From contig CM022679.1 in the NCBI GenBank assembly GCA_012295275.1, positions 30,442,001 through 30,506,000 on the forward strand: a stretch of DNA of 64,000 bases, in the 5' to 3' direction. Position 1 is the stretch's first letter. Every line of letters begins with the position of its first letter. Shown one piece after another: positions 1 to 13,172 of this stretch. This stretch comes from Chrysomallon squamiferum (lineage: Eukaryota; Animalia; Mollusca). A model generated the notes under the pieces. That model saw only the letters and a program-made list of their open reading frames with translations, was not told the origin of the DNA and did no database searches. The position numbers were made by a program, and so were the translations under genes.

Positions 1-611
1 TTCCTTTCTTAAGCTTTTTTTAACATTAAGTTAAATGCACAAGACCCTGACAGTTATCAGTGAAGATTTGATGTATATGTTACGATAATATGTATATGTT
101 AAAATAATATTGTAACGAACTATGGTAATAAAATATTCTGACTATCTGAAATATGTTTGCTAGTAAAAAAAAAATTCCTGCTGTTCATTGTTACATGTAT
201 TTAATAGTCAGTATTCTGTCATATTTTCTTGCAAAGTTAAAATATAGCTGTGATGTGAAAAGAAATAATTTTAATACATTTTTATGTTTCCATAGCTGTA
301 TATTTTTCATGTGTGTGTATATATGTATCAGTTTTTTAATTTATTTTTTAAATAAATGTTTACATTACTTAAAGATACACTAAAAATAATTCAAAATGGT
401 TGTTTAATAGCTTGGAATTGTTTCAGATTCATTTAAACAGAGTCATTGTGAACTTATTAAGAATCTTTTAAGATGCAGTTATTAAATTAGTTATCATTAA
501 GACTTAAAATTTAAATATACATATATAATATATATATATATATATATATTTTTTTTAATTTGCTGAGTTGTTTATTCAGTTATTCATTCAGATTGTTTTT
601 TTTCCTCACAG

Positions 612-991
612 ATGATGGAGGTGTTGTGTTACTTCGATCACTCGAAGCAGACGAAGGTCGCGACCTCATGATGAAAAATCGATTCCGAAAATCGATTCGC
701 GACACGGAAATCTGCAATGGACCGTCGAAGCTCTGTCAGGCCTTGAAAATCGACAAAGCGACATTTGGAAACCAAAACATTGCCACATCGAACAAACTTT
801 TTATTGAGCGGGAGGACACTGTGAGCCCAAACAACATTATCTCCACCAAGCGGATCATAACAGAACTGGACCCAGAGGAGTGGGCCAATCAGAAACTGAG
901 GTTCTACGTGTTTGGCAGCGACTGTGTTAGTTTGAGGGACCCAGAAGCCGAAGCACCTCTGAAAAATTCACAGTATGACCTTGACCAGTGA
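612..991 (+). CDS. MPG: DNA-3-methyladenine glycosylase (MPG/AAG), terminal coding exon; upstream exons lie outside the window
   Basis: Acceptor ttttttcctcacag ends at 611 (phase 1). Translation DGGVVLLRSLE...EICNGPSKLCQALKIDK...EWANQKLRFYVFGSDCVSLRDPEAE matches, from recall, the human MPG C-terminal half (DGACVLLRALE...ELCSGPSKLCQALAINK...EWARKPLRFYVRGSPWVSVVDRVAE). Stop TGA at 989-991. Confidence 0.93.
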
Positions 992-1693
992 TGACGAAAA
1001 AAGAAACAGTCATGGAAGATGAGTAAATGTGTGGTTTATTTAACAGACACGAGGAAAGGTTTGCAGGCACAGTGCTCATTCATACATCAGCACTGCCACT
1101 AATCAGGAATAGCATGGTACAGTAGGTTTCCTCTCTGACATTATAATTAAAAAAAATAAAAATAAAAAAAACTGTTTTAAAAAAGGTATATTAATAATAC
1201 CTGACGACCATTAATTATGAAAGTATTGCAATGTCGTTGATCAAAATAAATTCGTTAATCATGAGTGTCCTAAATTCTGTTCGGGAAATTTTGTTTCTTG
1301 CAGTTCTTTTGCATATGACATTTTCAAAAAATTGAAGATTAAGTCGTTGGACATAGCATATTGTTTTCAGTTCATGTTATAATAAGTACAGCATTACCTA
1401 TCACGTGATTTGATATTATGTTGTGACTTTTTATTTTAACAATGTTTTTTAATATCTGATTCTATATGATTGTGTGTATGTGTGTGTGTGTGTGTGTGTA
1501 AAAATTCCAAAGAAATATCCTATCATTTGTAAATGTTTCTCCTTTTTTTTTCTCTTTTTAAACATTTAAAATAAAATTTATCAAAATATTAAGAAAAATA
1601 ACTGAAATATCTGGTAGCTGAGTATTAACATCCTAGATGCCATTTTTCTGTTCATGCTTTTTCCATGCTTTTTCTTCTTCTTTAATATTATTT

Positions 1694-1751
<58 letters not shown>

Positions 1752-1984
1752 TACTACTACTAGTAGTATTGCAAATGAGATAATTTTAATAATCTTCAAG
1801 TTTTGACAATGTCAGATTGGGTAACGTGACAGTTCATAAAATATTTTACATCACAAACTCATATTAACTACATCAACTAGTATTTTGCATAGGGTTTTTT
1901 CTGGTTTACATTATTATCAGTGTCAGAAATCAACCACAGTGACTGTTAATACTAGTATTTCATTTTGTACCATTTAGTGATTTT

Positions 1985-2016
<32 letters not shown>

Positions 2017-3262
2017 CATACACTGATGAGGCAAACAGTTTTTAAAGATTTTTTTAGACAAATAGCACAAAAAGAAATGCTCTTTTTATAATTTGATAAC
2101 TATTTTACATTTGTATTTTTAAAAAAAAAAAAAAAATTTGTTTAGTCTGAAATGTAAATACATAATGTATAATGTTTTTTTATAAGATGTTACTGTTTTA
2201 CAATTTTATAATACTAAATTGTTTTCTTTCTTCTTTATTATCTTTTTTAAATTCTAAATAATTTAGTTTTAAAAATATAGTCTGTATTTGGATTTACATG
2301 TGCTTTTAGTTTTAATCTTTTGTTTAACCCTCTGCTTTAAACATTAAAATGTCTTTGCACATATCAACTTGATAACAGCTGATTTTAAATTATTGCATCA
2401 AAAGAAAAAAAAAAAAGGTAATATTAATACATACAGACTGTTTCTACGAATGCCAGGAATAAATAAAACAATAATTTGGAAATATATACAGCTTCCACAT
2501 TTAAACACGTCAAATATGCTTTTTTTTGCAGTAAGAAAATTTTGAGTCAGTCCTTTTTTCTTCATATTTTGTAAGCATTACACTAATGGTAATGATGATG
2601 ATAATAATGGGAAAATCCCAATCAAAAAACCTGATTCCATTTAATCTTTAAAAGGAGAAATTTGTTAGTCAGTTAATGTTAACTGAATTAAGTTGTTTAA
2701 TAACAGAAATTGGACTCTTTTGAGATAGAAATCCTAAAATGTGACAAATATTTAAAAAAAAAAAAAAAAGATAAATATATATTTAAGAAATAAAATGTAT
2801 TTAACAATGGTCTCTTTTGGCCAAATTCCTGTACTATGGAATCATGCAGTTGAAATTTAACTGAAAATTTTAGAACTGATAATGTTATTGTTATTTTTTT
2901 TAAAATTTATTATTAGTAATTTGTTTTTGTTTTAGTTTGTATTTTGATAAACTAACTTAACCAAAGTTTATATAGGCAGTGTGAAAGCATATAAAAACAT
3001 AAAATAAAATAAAATAAAATAAATATATATATATCTATTACAGTGATTTTCTTAGTATATGATTGGTTATTATGGTAACATGTAAATAATTGTATTTCAC
3101 CATTTTGTCCACAAAACAGACGAAGGACAAATAAAAATTATCTTGAAATATTTGCATTGTTTTGGTTTAATATTTATATTAAATGATATGATGAATTTGT
3201 GATTATCACTCTCATGATTATCAACTGTTATGGAAAGTTTCCCAAATTAAAATGCTTTCAGA

Positions 3263-3348
<86 letters not shown>

Positions 3349-3667
3349 TTTATTTAATATTATTATTTTTTAAGTAAACTTCAGCATCTTTCAATCTCTC
3401 AATCTTTTTTTTCTTTTTTGCTTTTTGATTCCAGCACAATGAAATAACATTGCAACTTGCAAACATATAGTTTCATTCACACGTCCTGGATAAATATCTA
3501 ATCAAATACGAATATTAATATATTAGAAGGTTATTTGTTGAGATATTTGTTCATAGAAGTTCACTGGATTGTAATTCCCTTGTATGTTCTTTTTCTGGGG
3601 ATTTATTTATTTATTTATTTATTTATTTGTGTATGTTTCTATCATTCAGTCTACCTATCATTATTTA

Positions 3668-3717
3668 CACATGGCGAGTCTTTTTAATGAAACGTGTCCT
3701 ATATTGTTCAGCCAATG
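3668..3717 (+). promoter_or_regulatory. Candidate proximal promoter elements of the PLA2 gene (YY1-like ACATGGCG, CCAAT box)
   Basis: ACATGGCG at 3669-3676 and AGCCAATG at 3710-3717, about 170-210 bp upstream of the ATG at 3880. Motif match only. Confidence 0.3.
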
Positions 3718-3879
3718 AAAACGCTCGTAACTGATGGGGTTTTCCATATGGACTTGTGTTGTTCGTGAACTTTTTTTATTTGGCTAAGGTTTCAGTTACG
3801 GCTGATTCATACTGCTTAAAGTATCTGTATTGCATTTAAATGTATTTTGATGTTATCTTCATTTTACTTTTAACTAATA

Positions 3880-4069
3880 ATGAAAGGTAGTTATTATGGG
3901 ATAGTAATTTCTTTGTTGTTTACGGTAAACAATATACAATGCAACACCAACGGGAATGACGGACATAGACATCAGGTTTCTGACCTTTTGCACGGATTAA
4001 GAAATGTGGCTGAAATGATCCTCGATTACGCAGGAGAGGCAGATGGGTGTGTATATAAATGTGAGAATG
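3880..4069 (+). CDS. PLA2G12: Group XII secreted phospholipase A2, exon 1 (signal peptide and N-terminus)
   Basis: ATG 3880. Hydrophobic signal peptide MKGSYYGIVISLLFTVNNIQC, then ...YAGEADGCVYKCENG, similar to the group XII G-x-D-G-x-C-x-Y-K-C motif. Donor G|gtaagt at 4070, phase 1. Confidence 0.88.
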
Positions 4070-4274
4070 GTAAGTTTTAATTTATGTTTAATTTAATTAA
4101 TTAAAATAATATAATCGAAATCTGAAATGACTTATAACTCTTAAAATAAATAAAACAATACCAGAAAGAGTTATTTCCCTTACATCATGGCTATATTTTA
4201 CACCTATTACATAATTACGATCATGCACTTTCTAGTCGACGTCATACTCAACATTTTATAATTCCAGTATGTTA

Positions 4275-4325
<51 letters not shown>

Positions 4326-4368
4326 TTTTATTTTTTATTTTAATAATTTAATTATATATATATTACAG

Positions 4369-4436
4369 GCGCATCACCTAGACAAAATACAAAACACAGA
4401 CGTTCTGCCAACGGATGTGGAACTCTAGGCATGAAG
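4369..4436 (+). CDS. PLA2G12: Group XII secreted phospholipase A2, exon 2 (NGCG Ca2+-loop-like segment)
   Basis: Acceptor ttacag ends at 4368. Phase-1 join gives GASPRQNTKHRRSANGCGTLGMK, containing the group XII NGCG motif. Donor AAG|gtaaga at 4437, phase 0. Confidence 0.9.
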
Positions 4437-4462
4437 GTAAGAAAATGCATTATCTCTAGATA

Positions 4463-4495
<33 letters not shown>

Positions 4496-5015
4496 TAAAA
4501 ATAAATAAATAAAAATAAATAAATAAAAATCCAGGAAGAAACGACCAATGCTGAAACAGAAAATAAATAAAAATAAAGGCGAAGTAAATTTTTATTTGTT
4601 TTATTTTATTTCATAATTTGAAAAATATAAAATAATAATAATAATAAAAATAAAATAAATAGACAGACAGACAAATAAAGAAGTAAATAAGTAAATGAAT
4701 GAATATATAAATAATGAAAAATAAATAAATAAATAATGTAAAATAAATAAATAAATAAGTAAAATAAAATAAAATAAAAAGAACAAGGCAATAATAGAAT
4801 TAATCGCAAGACTGTATTATTTCCAAGTAGCTATTTTTATTTATTTAAATAGGACAGTTATATAATAAACGAAGTCTTTCTTTCTTATCTTTTATCTTTT
4901 CTTTTCTCCCAACTCTTCCTTATTAGTAACAATCAGTGTCTGCAAAATATTATTTTTAAACATACAGAATATGGCCGTTTCAGCGAATAGCCGAAGATAT
5001 ATTTTATAATTTCAG

Positions 5016-5181
5016 ATAGACACGTCTCTCCTACCTGCTGTTACTAAGTGCTGCAACAACCACGACTTCTGCTACGACACTTGCAACGCAGACAAAGAGG
5101 AATGCGATAAAACGTTCCATCGCTGTCTTGACAAAGTCTGCAATAAAATGAGAGATGTTGTTAATGAGGATACTCTGAAAG
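5016..5181 (+). CDS. PLA2G12: Group XII secreted phospholipase A2, exon 3 (catalytic His-Asp)
   Basis: Acceptor tttcag ends at 5015. IDTSLLPAVTKCCNNHDFCYDTCNADKEECDKTFHRCLDKVCNKMRDVVNEDTLK carries the sPLA2 CCxxHDxCY motif (cf. PLA2G12A TKCCNQHDRCYETC). Donor AG|gtaagt at 5182, phase 1. Not in the ORF track. Confidence 0.95.
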
Positions 5182-5701
5182 GTAAGTAGTATTTGTTATC
5201 TGCATTCCGCTTTTTCCGGTGTTCTCCGTGTTTTTACTCGTGATGTGGGCGTTACGTTTTTAGGAAAATACTGCAGACGACAGTACTCAGGAAGTGCCAT
5301 TATAGGATTACCCCGTATGAAATGAAATAAAATAAAAATAAAATGAAATAAATAATGAAAAATAATAAACGAAATAAATAAAAGAAACACGTGCGCACAT
5401 ATGCACACATACGTAATGATAAATAATAATGAATAAATAAATAAAAACCTCAGTTAACACCATCACAAATAACAAAATAACAACAACAAATCAATTTTAA
5501 AAAAATAAAATACAAAAAGATACTCAAAACAATATATATATTTAAAATAAATTTAAAATTAAAAACACTAGCGGATCCAGATACTGAAAAGGGGGCGCCA
5601 CAAAGATGCAACAAAAAAAAAAAAAAAAAAAATTAAATAAAAACAATTAAATTAAAAAAATAATAAATTAAAAAAAAGAAGAAGAAAAATAAGATAATTT
5701 A

Positions 5702-5752
<51 letters not shown>

Positions 5753-7048
5753 AAATAACAACAGCAATAAATAAATGACAAATAAATAAATAATAAATAA
5801 ATAAAAAGAAAGAAAGATTGGTTCCAGTTTACCCTAAATCAGTGCATGAAAATATAATTATTTAAAAAAAAATAAAAATAAAAATAAAGAAAAGTAATAT
5901 TAAATGTAATAATAATAATAATAATAACAGACGCACAAAATCACCTACAAAAAAGAGTATTACAACTCGTCAGTTTTAAGGTTTTTAAACTGATCTGTTT
6001 CTTGGTGCCTACGCAATAATTATATTTTCCTCATTCGTCATAATTTAGATATATTAGCATCATAAATGCACAAAACGTGTTTGTACATTTATTTCCAGCA
6101 ATTCGCGTGGTGAATATTAATTTCGTTACCCTCACTCGGCTCCTAATTATTAAAGCAAGTAAAGTTCACCTTCATAATTGTGTGCGTCGTAATCACGTGA
6201 CAGGAAGTTGTTACTGGTTGTTTTTCTGACCAATTAATTACTTTGGAATGAAGATCCCCGTTAAAACGTAAAAAACAAAAATGTATTTTTGGCCTTTTTT
6301 TTTAAATTTGTTATTAGATAGTTTTGTGAGGCAGTTTCGCTAAAAGGTAAAAAGAAAAACACAATCAAACTAAAAACAACAACAAAAAAAAAAAGATATA
6401 AAAAGCAAACGATCGCCATACTTTAGATGCTGTCGCTAGATTTATGTTACAAATAAGTTTGTGCTGAATAGAGCCAGGTGGTTTAAAATGCAAATGCGTT
6501 CACGCAAAAACGATTCATTCACTGACTAGTATAATCAAACAATTAAACAAAAAAATTTACTACTGATTTGTTATTTCTGATCTTTCTATTTATATGAATT
6601 AATTTCATGTATAATTATGAAAAGAATGAAAGAAAAGAAAAATAAAGAAAAGAATAAACACTGGACACTAGATCAGATGTTTCTAATAATGCTCAGTAGA
6701 AATGGTTGTTGCCAAGGCTTAGTTCTAAACTGCTTAATTTACCTGCTGAAATTAATGTGGTAATAGAATTTTTAAAGAATACAAAAATACAAAGAAACTA
6801 AAACAAAACAATAATAACAACCAAAAATCTATCAAAATTTTACTGTAACAAATCGTAATTGTTAAGGGCAGATAACTCATCTAGCTATGTTCTCGAGAGA
6901 CCAGCTTCTCAACAACTAGATCTGATTGTACTTCTTGAACGTGAGAAAGAAAACTCCTTTAGCTCATTTAACAGTGCAAAAAAAATAAATAAAAATAAAA
7001 TAAAATACAATAATAATAAAATAATAATAATAATAATAATAAAAATAA

Positions 7049-7087
<39 letters not shown>

Positions 7088-7689
7088 AACAAATTATAAT
7101 AATAAAAAATAAATGAATAAAATAAAATAAATACGTTCATTAAAAAAAAAAAAAAATAAAAAAAAAATAAAAACAATAATAATAATTTAAAAAAATCCAA
7201 ACTCCTCCAACAATTTTAAGCTTAACTAGATCGAAAAGACCACCAAAAAAAAAAAAAAAAAAAAAAAAAAATCCATTTTTTCTGCCTAATCTGTCAAAAA
7301 CTTCTCATATCAAGTTGTTTAATTTTTCACACTTCGTTACCCAGCCAATCAAGCAGAAAAGTTGAGTTTACAAATGTTTAGTTTCTTAGTCTCCGATCAA
7401 GCTTAAACGTCTATACGTCACGACTGATTAAATTCCAATGGCGTTATTAAGATTTTCAACACCAGAAATTTCAGTTCAGTTCTTTCGCTATACTTTTAAA
7501 AGATTTTGGTCATACCATTCGGCTGTAATATTTAATTATGCGAGGAGTGTACTTACTGACTCTACTACTTTTTATTTTATTTATTTTTTTTTTTTTATTA
7601 ATACTAAACAAAATATGTTTAGTGAACATTAAAGTGCAGAGTTATGAATTCAAATTTTTTCACACGTGCTTCTGTGAATAGTTAGTTTA

Positions 7690-7960
7690 TTCATATATTA
7701 GGTTATGTATTAAAACAGATTTATTTATTAAAAATCTCGCAGATATTAGGTTTTATTAAAAAACATAAAACATCTCGCTGTATATTAGGTTATGTATTAA
7801 AACTATTTATTTATTAAAATATCTGGCTATGTATTAGGTTATTTATTAAAACAGATTTATTTATTAAAATATCTGGCTGTATATTAAGTAATGTATTAAA
7901 ACAGTATTTATTTATTAAAATATCAGGCTATATATTAGATTATGTATTAAAAAACATATT
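7690..7960. repeat. AT-rich degenerate minisatellite, about 47-bp unit, about 6 copies, in PLA2 intron 3
   Basis: Recurring tatattaggttatgtattaaaacagatttatttattaaaatatctggc-like unit, decaying into shorter tattaaa units to about 8280. Confidence 0.8.
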
Positions 7961-8510
7961 TATTTTATAAATATTTAGTTAATTATTAAAATGGGTAATT
8001 AAATATTGACATATTTCAGTAAATGAATAATATTAAATTATTCGGGTATGTGTTAGAATGGGTAATAATACCTTAAAGTGTTTATTAAATATTAAAATGT
8101 GTACTTACATATTATTAAGGTATTAGCGTTTGTGTTAAAATGTTTTGTTACTATTAAGGTATTTCTTTATGTATTAAAAGGAGTATTAAAGTATTTGTAT
8201 ATGTATTAAAATGCTTGGTTACTATTAAAGTATTTGATTTTGTATTAAAATATCTATTACTTTGTTAACAATAAAGTATAACAAATCGATAATATTACTA
8301 TAAAACACCAGATTTCACTTTTTTCTTATATATATATTTGACGTTTCATATGATAATAATTAACATGATGATGATGATGATAACGATAACGATAGTGATG
8401 ATAATGATGATGATGATAAATGAGCGAGTAAATAATAAAAAAAATTAATAAAATAGATTGTCGATTTTTATGGGTGGACTTGTAAAAGTAAAACGTCATT
8501 TAAAAGGAAA

Positions 8511-8512
<2 letters not shown>

Positions 8513-8589
<77 letters not shown>

Positions 8590-8645
8590 AAGAGAGAGAG
8601 AAACAGAGAGAAACAGAAAGAGAGAAAAAGAGAAACAGAGAGAGC
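8513..8645. repeat. (GA)n microsatellite
   Basis: Direct reading. Confidence 0.95.
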
Positions 8646-9030
8646 GAGACAGACGTTATCTTTTTAAAGAATGTAATAAGCGTTGGAGTAGAGAGTAAAA
8701 AAAAAATATAAAAAAAAATATAAAAATTAAGTATATTGAATCTTATAGATTTTTGATGGACGAAATCCTATTGTCCAGCTGACAAACCAGTTACGGCTGA
8801 TTCAGAAGCATAAACGCGTGGGAAGATGGTCAGACTGCATGTCGTCATTCCTTCATATCATTCTGCCCGATTTCATTTTTATCTTCGTTTTCCTAATTGT
8901 TTGTCAAATAGCAATTAGACGCTGTTTGTTTGAAGAAATGCTTGCGATAGCGACGCAGTAGAAAAACATCGTCTGTCTAGTTCTTCTACTGTAGACGTTC
9001 CCATTTTCTTCTTCTTCTTCTTCTGTAAAG

Positions 9031-9061
<31 letters not shown>

Positions 9062-9241
9062 TATTTACACGCCCAGTCACACACATTCTTTTCATTTCTC
9101 TGTAAATAAATAAATTGAAAGAAAATAAAAATTATACCGTTTATTAATGACTGCATATTTCATAAAAGTCTACAACGTGAAATATTACCTTTTTTTTTTT
9201 TTTTCTTATAGATCTTATCAGTGACAACCAATTAGCTTCGT

Positions 9242-9277
<36 letters not shown>

Positions 9278-9746
9278 AAAAAAAAGAAAAGAAAAAAAAA
9301 AGAAAAAGAAAGAAGCTACGTGCTCTGTATGTATATGCTAGATAATTAGATATTCACGGCGTGTGTGGACGCGCGCAGACACCCAAAACCCGCGGCGAGA
9401 TTAACGCTTCATTCTAACTTGTTATTGAGTAATGGGTGTAGTTCGAATGCAGATCATTCTTTGTCCCGCACGATTAGCTAATGCGCCGATTGCGTGCCGG
9501 GAACGGTAAAGCCAGTGACGCTATCACACTTTGATACACCGGTTAGTGTCGAGCACCACCTCGGTGGAAATTACGCCACGGAATTGACCAATCGTGTCGC
9601 CAGTGTTCGGGTTACTGGCGATGCACCTGTTTTCGGTGCTATTGTTTGCGGCGTTTTAATTGCTGTTTGAGTATCGTCGGAAAATTTGTCATTTTGACTT
9701 TCAAAATATCATATTCTTTATCACGCCTATATCAGATTTAGAATGG

Positions 9747-9813
<67 letters not shown>

Positions 9814-10088
9814 AGGAAAAAAAAGAAAAGAATGAAAGAAAAAGAAAGAAAGAGAAAAAGAGAGACTTCAATTCACTGCACGTGTCCAGATCAAAGCGCA
9901 AACATAATAACGTTTCAACAAACAAAGTTTAACAGATTTCGTAGCAGAAAAATAATAACACAGTAAAATGTAACAGTAGAAAAATGATACGTTTTCGTAA
10001 AACAGTCTCGAACTAGATCTTAAATGTTTGGGTGGCATGATGCGTATGTTTTGTGATCAAATAAAAATTCGTTTACCAAGCCTTTAGA

Positions 10089-10091
<3 letters not shown>

Positions 10092-10173
<82 letters not shown>

Positions 10174-10220
10174 CCCTTCCCTCTGTTTGTTTCGCTATTT
10201 GTCAGAGTGCATATATTTAT

Positions 10221-10288
<68 letters not shown>

Positions 10289-10310
10289 CCTCCCCCCTCT
10301 CTCTCTCTTA
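10092..10310. repeat. Two (CT)n microsatellites; a third lies at 10848-10954
   Basis: Direct reading. Confidence 0.95.
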
Positions 10311-10848
10311 GTGTTATACTGTCTATCCCATCCGTGTAGAAAGGCAGCTGATACCAGTTTAAAATCATCAGTGAAGGGGGATCATACGTCGTATACATAA
10401 CACACACCGACGTTTCTGTTAATGCAATATTGTGATTCTTTTTAAAACTACAACGCTGTTATCAATACTTACTGCTTACATATCTGGAATTACACACTCA
10501 AAGATGTGTTACCTAAATCTGATGATCGAGAAACAAAATAGTCACGTTGCAGCTAGTTTCAAATATATGTATTTCTTAAATTTATTTATTTTTCGCTGAT
10601 CACGTGACGAGCGCGGCTCACCACAGCGCTAACGTAGCTCGCCTAAAGTTGACGTAACGGAGGTAGATAATAATGTAGTGTACAGCATCGGCTGCTTGAT
10701 ATACATCACGTACAGATGATTAATCAAGTTTTGAAAATATATCTAAAAGAACGCTTTTAAATGTTAGTTTGAACCTCGGAAAATTTACTGAAGTCCTTTT
10801 TGTTTTAGTGAGAGATCGCAAACAATAATTTTAATGTCAATTTCTTGT

Positions 10849-10967
<119 letters not shown>

Positions 10968-11825
10968 ATATATATAGATAGATAGATGGATAAATTAGCC
11001 AGACAGACAGATGGATAAAAAGACACATACGGATGTACGAAGTTATGTTTGTAGGAAGATAGTAGAATATAAGTTGATATGTACATAGATAGTATGTATC
11101 TATGTATGTCTGTATGTATGTATGTAGTTAGGTAGATATGGAGCTAGGTTTGTAAATGGGGTAGGTAAGTAGGTAGACAGGTATTAAGTAGTATGTACTT
11201 ATATATTTTTACAAATTCATTTATAACCATATGCACATAATTGCGGCACTATCGGCTGCATATATGTATGGACAGTATGTATTGCGTGCGTGCGTGCGTG
11301 CCTGCGTGTCAATATACAAGTGTAACTATATATTGATTAACCTTAAAGTCATCTGAAAAATTCCACATATTGTATCTGTTATATCTGGGAATGTTAAAAA
11401 CACTCGGTATAAGGAAATGGGCGGCAGCGATATTGCAATAATTATTATTGAGCAGCGTCGCTATTGGTTGACGCTGTGCACGCCGCTGTAGTCGACGTGA
11501 ATTATGTAACGGTTTGACCTTTGAAAGATTACGGTAATCAATTACTTACATAGGTGTAGGTTTCCTTCTTCAAGAAACTCCCCATTGTGTCGAGCCAAAA
11601 GATCGGAACTTCACGCATTGTCACAAAAGCCCATACCAGGTCACCGCATTGCCGAATATCTTACGGTATTTGTTTTTGTACTTTGTTTTCTTTTCTTTTT
11701 TTCTGTGAGAGATTTAAAACATGACAACACCCACGTAACAGTATATCTTAAGTGCCAATCTTAAAAAGTTGTCACAACATGTAGATATCAAAATAATCGC
11801 TGGGTTTGAGTTGCACCTACAATTT

Positions 11826-11862
<37 letters not shown>

Positions 11863-13050
11863 GTTAAATGCTGTATTTGTTGGTATGCCAAGAAAACAAT
11901 CTCGCACGGATCTGCACGGTTTAATCTGTTAAATATGTGTTTTTTTTTCAGACGAGCACGTTACAAGCAGGCACATTTCTCATTCCTTAATGGTTTTTCA
12001 GGTGATTACATGTACGTGAACGACCGAGTGAAGAAACACAAGACATCCACTGTTCTGAGAACATTCACTGGAATTCGTCAAACGTTTACACACTTACGTG
12101 CACGCATCGTACAACTACACGTACACCAACGTACACGTAATACACACACATACATATACACTTACGTGCATCGTACAACTACTAAACGTACACCAACGTA
12201 CACGTACGTAATCATGCGTGCACTCACGCACAAACCAATACATACCTACACATACAGACTCATGTACATACATAATACGTCCATACATTCATACATACAC
12301 ACATACATACATAACTACTTACCTGTATACATATCTAGATACATAATTACAAAAACACGATCACCATTTTACGCACAGACATGCACACACTGAAATGCGC
12401 GCGCACGCGAACGCACATATATATTTTTTTTACATTCAGGTCGTTTGTATACAAAAATGAATGTTATTGTAACAAGATTGTGGAGTTACAGTAAACTACA
12501 TAATATACAAATACACAATATCAGCAAGAAGATTTGAAGAAATTAGTAATTAGTTTACAAAAATGTAGCAAGTTGTCTAAGGTACATTTAGAGTTAAATA
12601 ATGTATAAAACATCTGTGTACTTTAGTTTAAACTAACAGAAAAATGACGGGCAAAGATTTCTTTCACTCTTCCCCCTACATGCAAAATATATGACGTAAC
12701 ATCATCTCCGATGTCGTAATACTTACATAATCTATTTTCTGGCAGTGTATTTCTCCATCTGCCCGCGTCATTAGGAAGATTATGTTTTGAAAGCCATTAA
12801 AGCCTAACAACGGGCATCTATAATGTTGAAATACGTCGCGAAAAGAAACGGCATTTTAAAATAATTTTATAATCGTAAACTTCGGAAAAGTGTTATCGGT
12901 GCTGTAAGTACAGATCTGTCAGCTTTTGCGTTAATAAAAACGATTTCGCGAGAGAAGCGCTCGTGATACGAGAACAAACACTGGACGGACGGACGCCTGT
13001 GTTTATAAGCTCGTATTAAACTGAATCTTTGTCTGATTTTTTTTTTGCAG

Positions 13051-13172
13051 GTTGCAAGGCAATGGCGACGTTGATGTATACGGGGACGATGGCGTTAGGC
13101 TGCAGAGCTTTCAGAGAAGCTCAGAGGAAAGCTTGTATTTGTCCTGGAAGACGTAATCACTCTGAATTCTAG
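13051..13172 (+). CDS. PLA2G12: Group XII secreted phospholipase A2, exon 4 (C-terminus)
   Basis: Acceptor ttttttttttgcag ends at 13050. Phase-1 join gives GCKAMATLMYTGTMALGCRAFREAQRKACICPGRRNHSEF* (cf. PLA2G12A LGCKPYLDSQRAACRC). TAG at 13170-13172. Spliced CDS 190+68+166+122 = 546 nt = 181 aa. Confidence 0.92.

Noticed and set aside
11806-12393. 195-aa ORF in PLA2 intron 3
   Set aside because: Low-complexity poly-T and CA/TACA translation with no domain. PLA2 exons 3 and 4 already join in frame with the family cysteine pattern complete.
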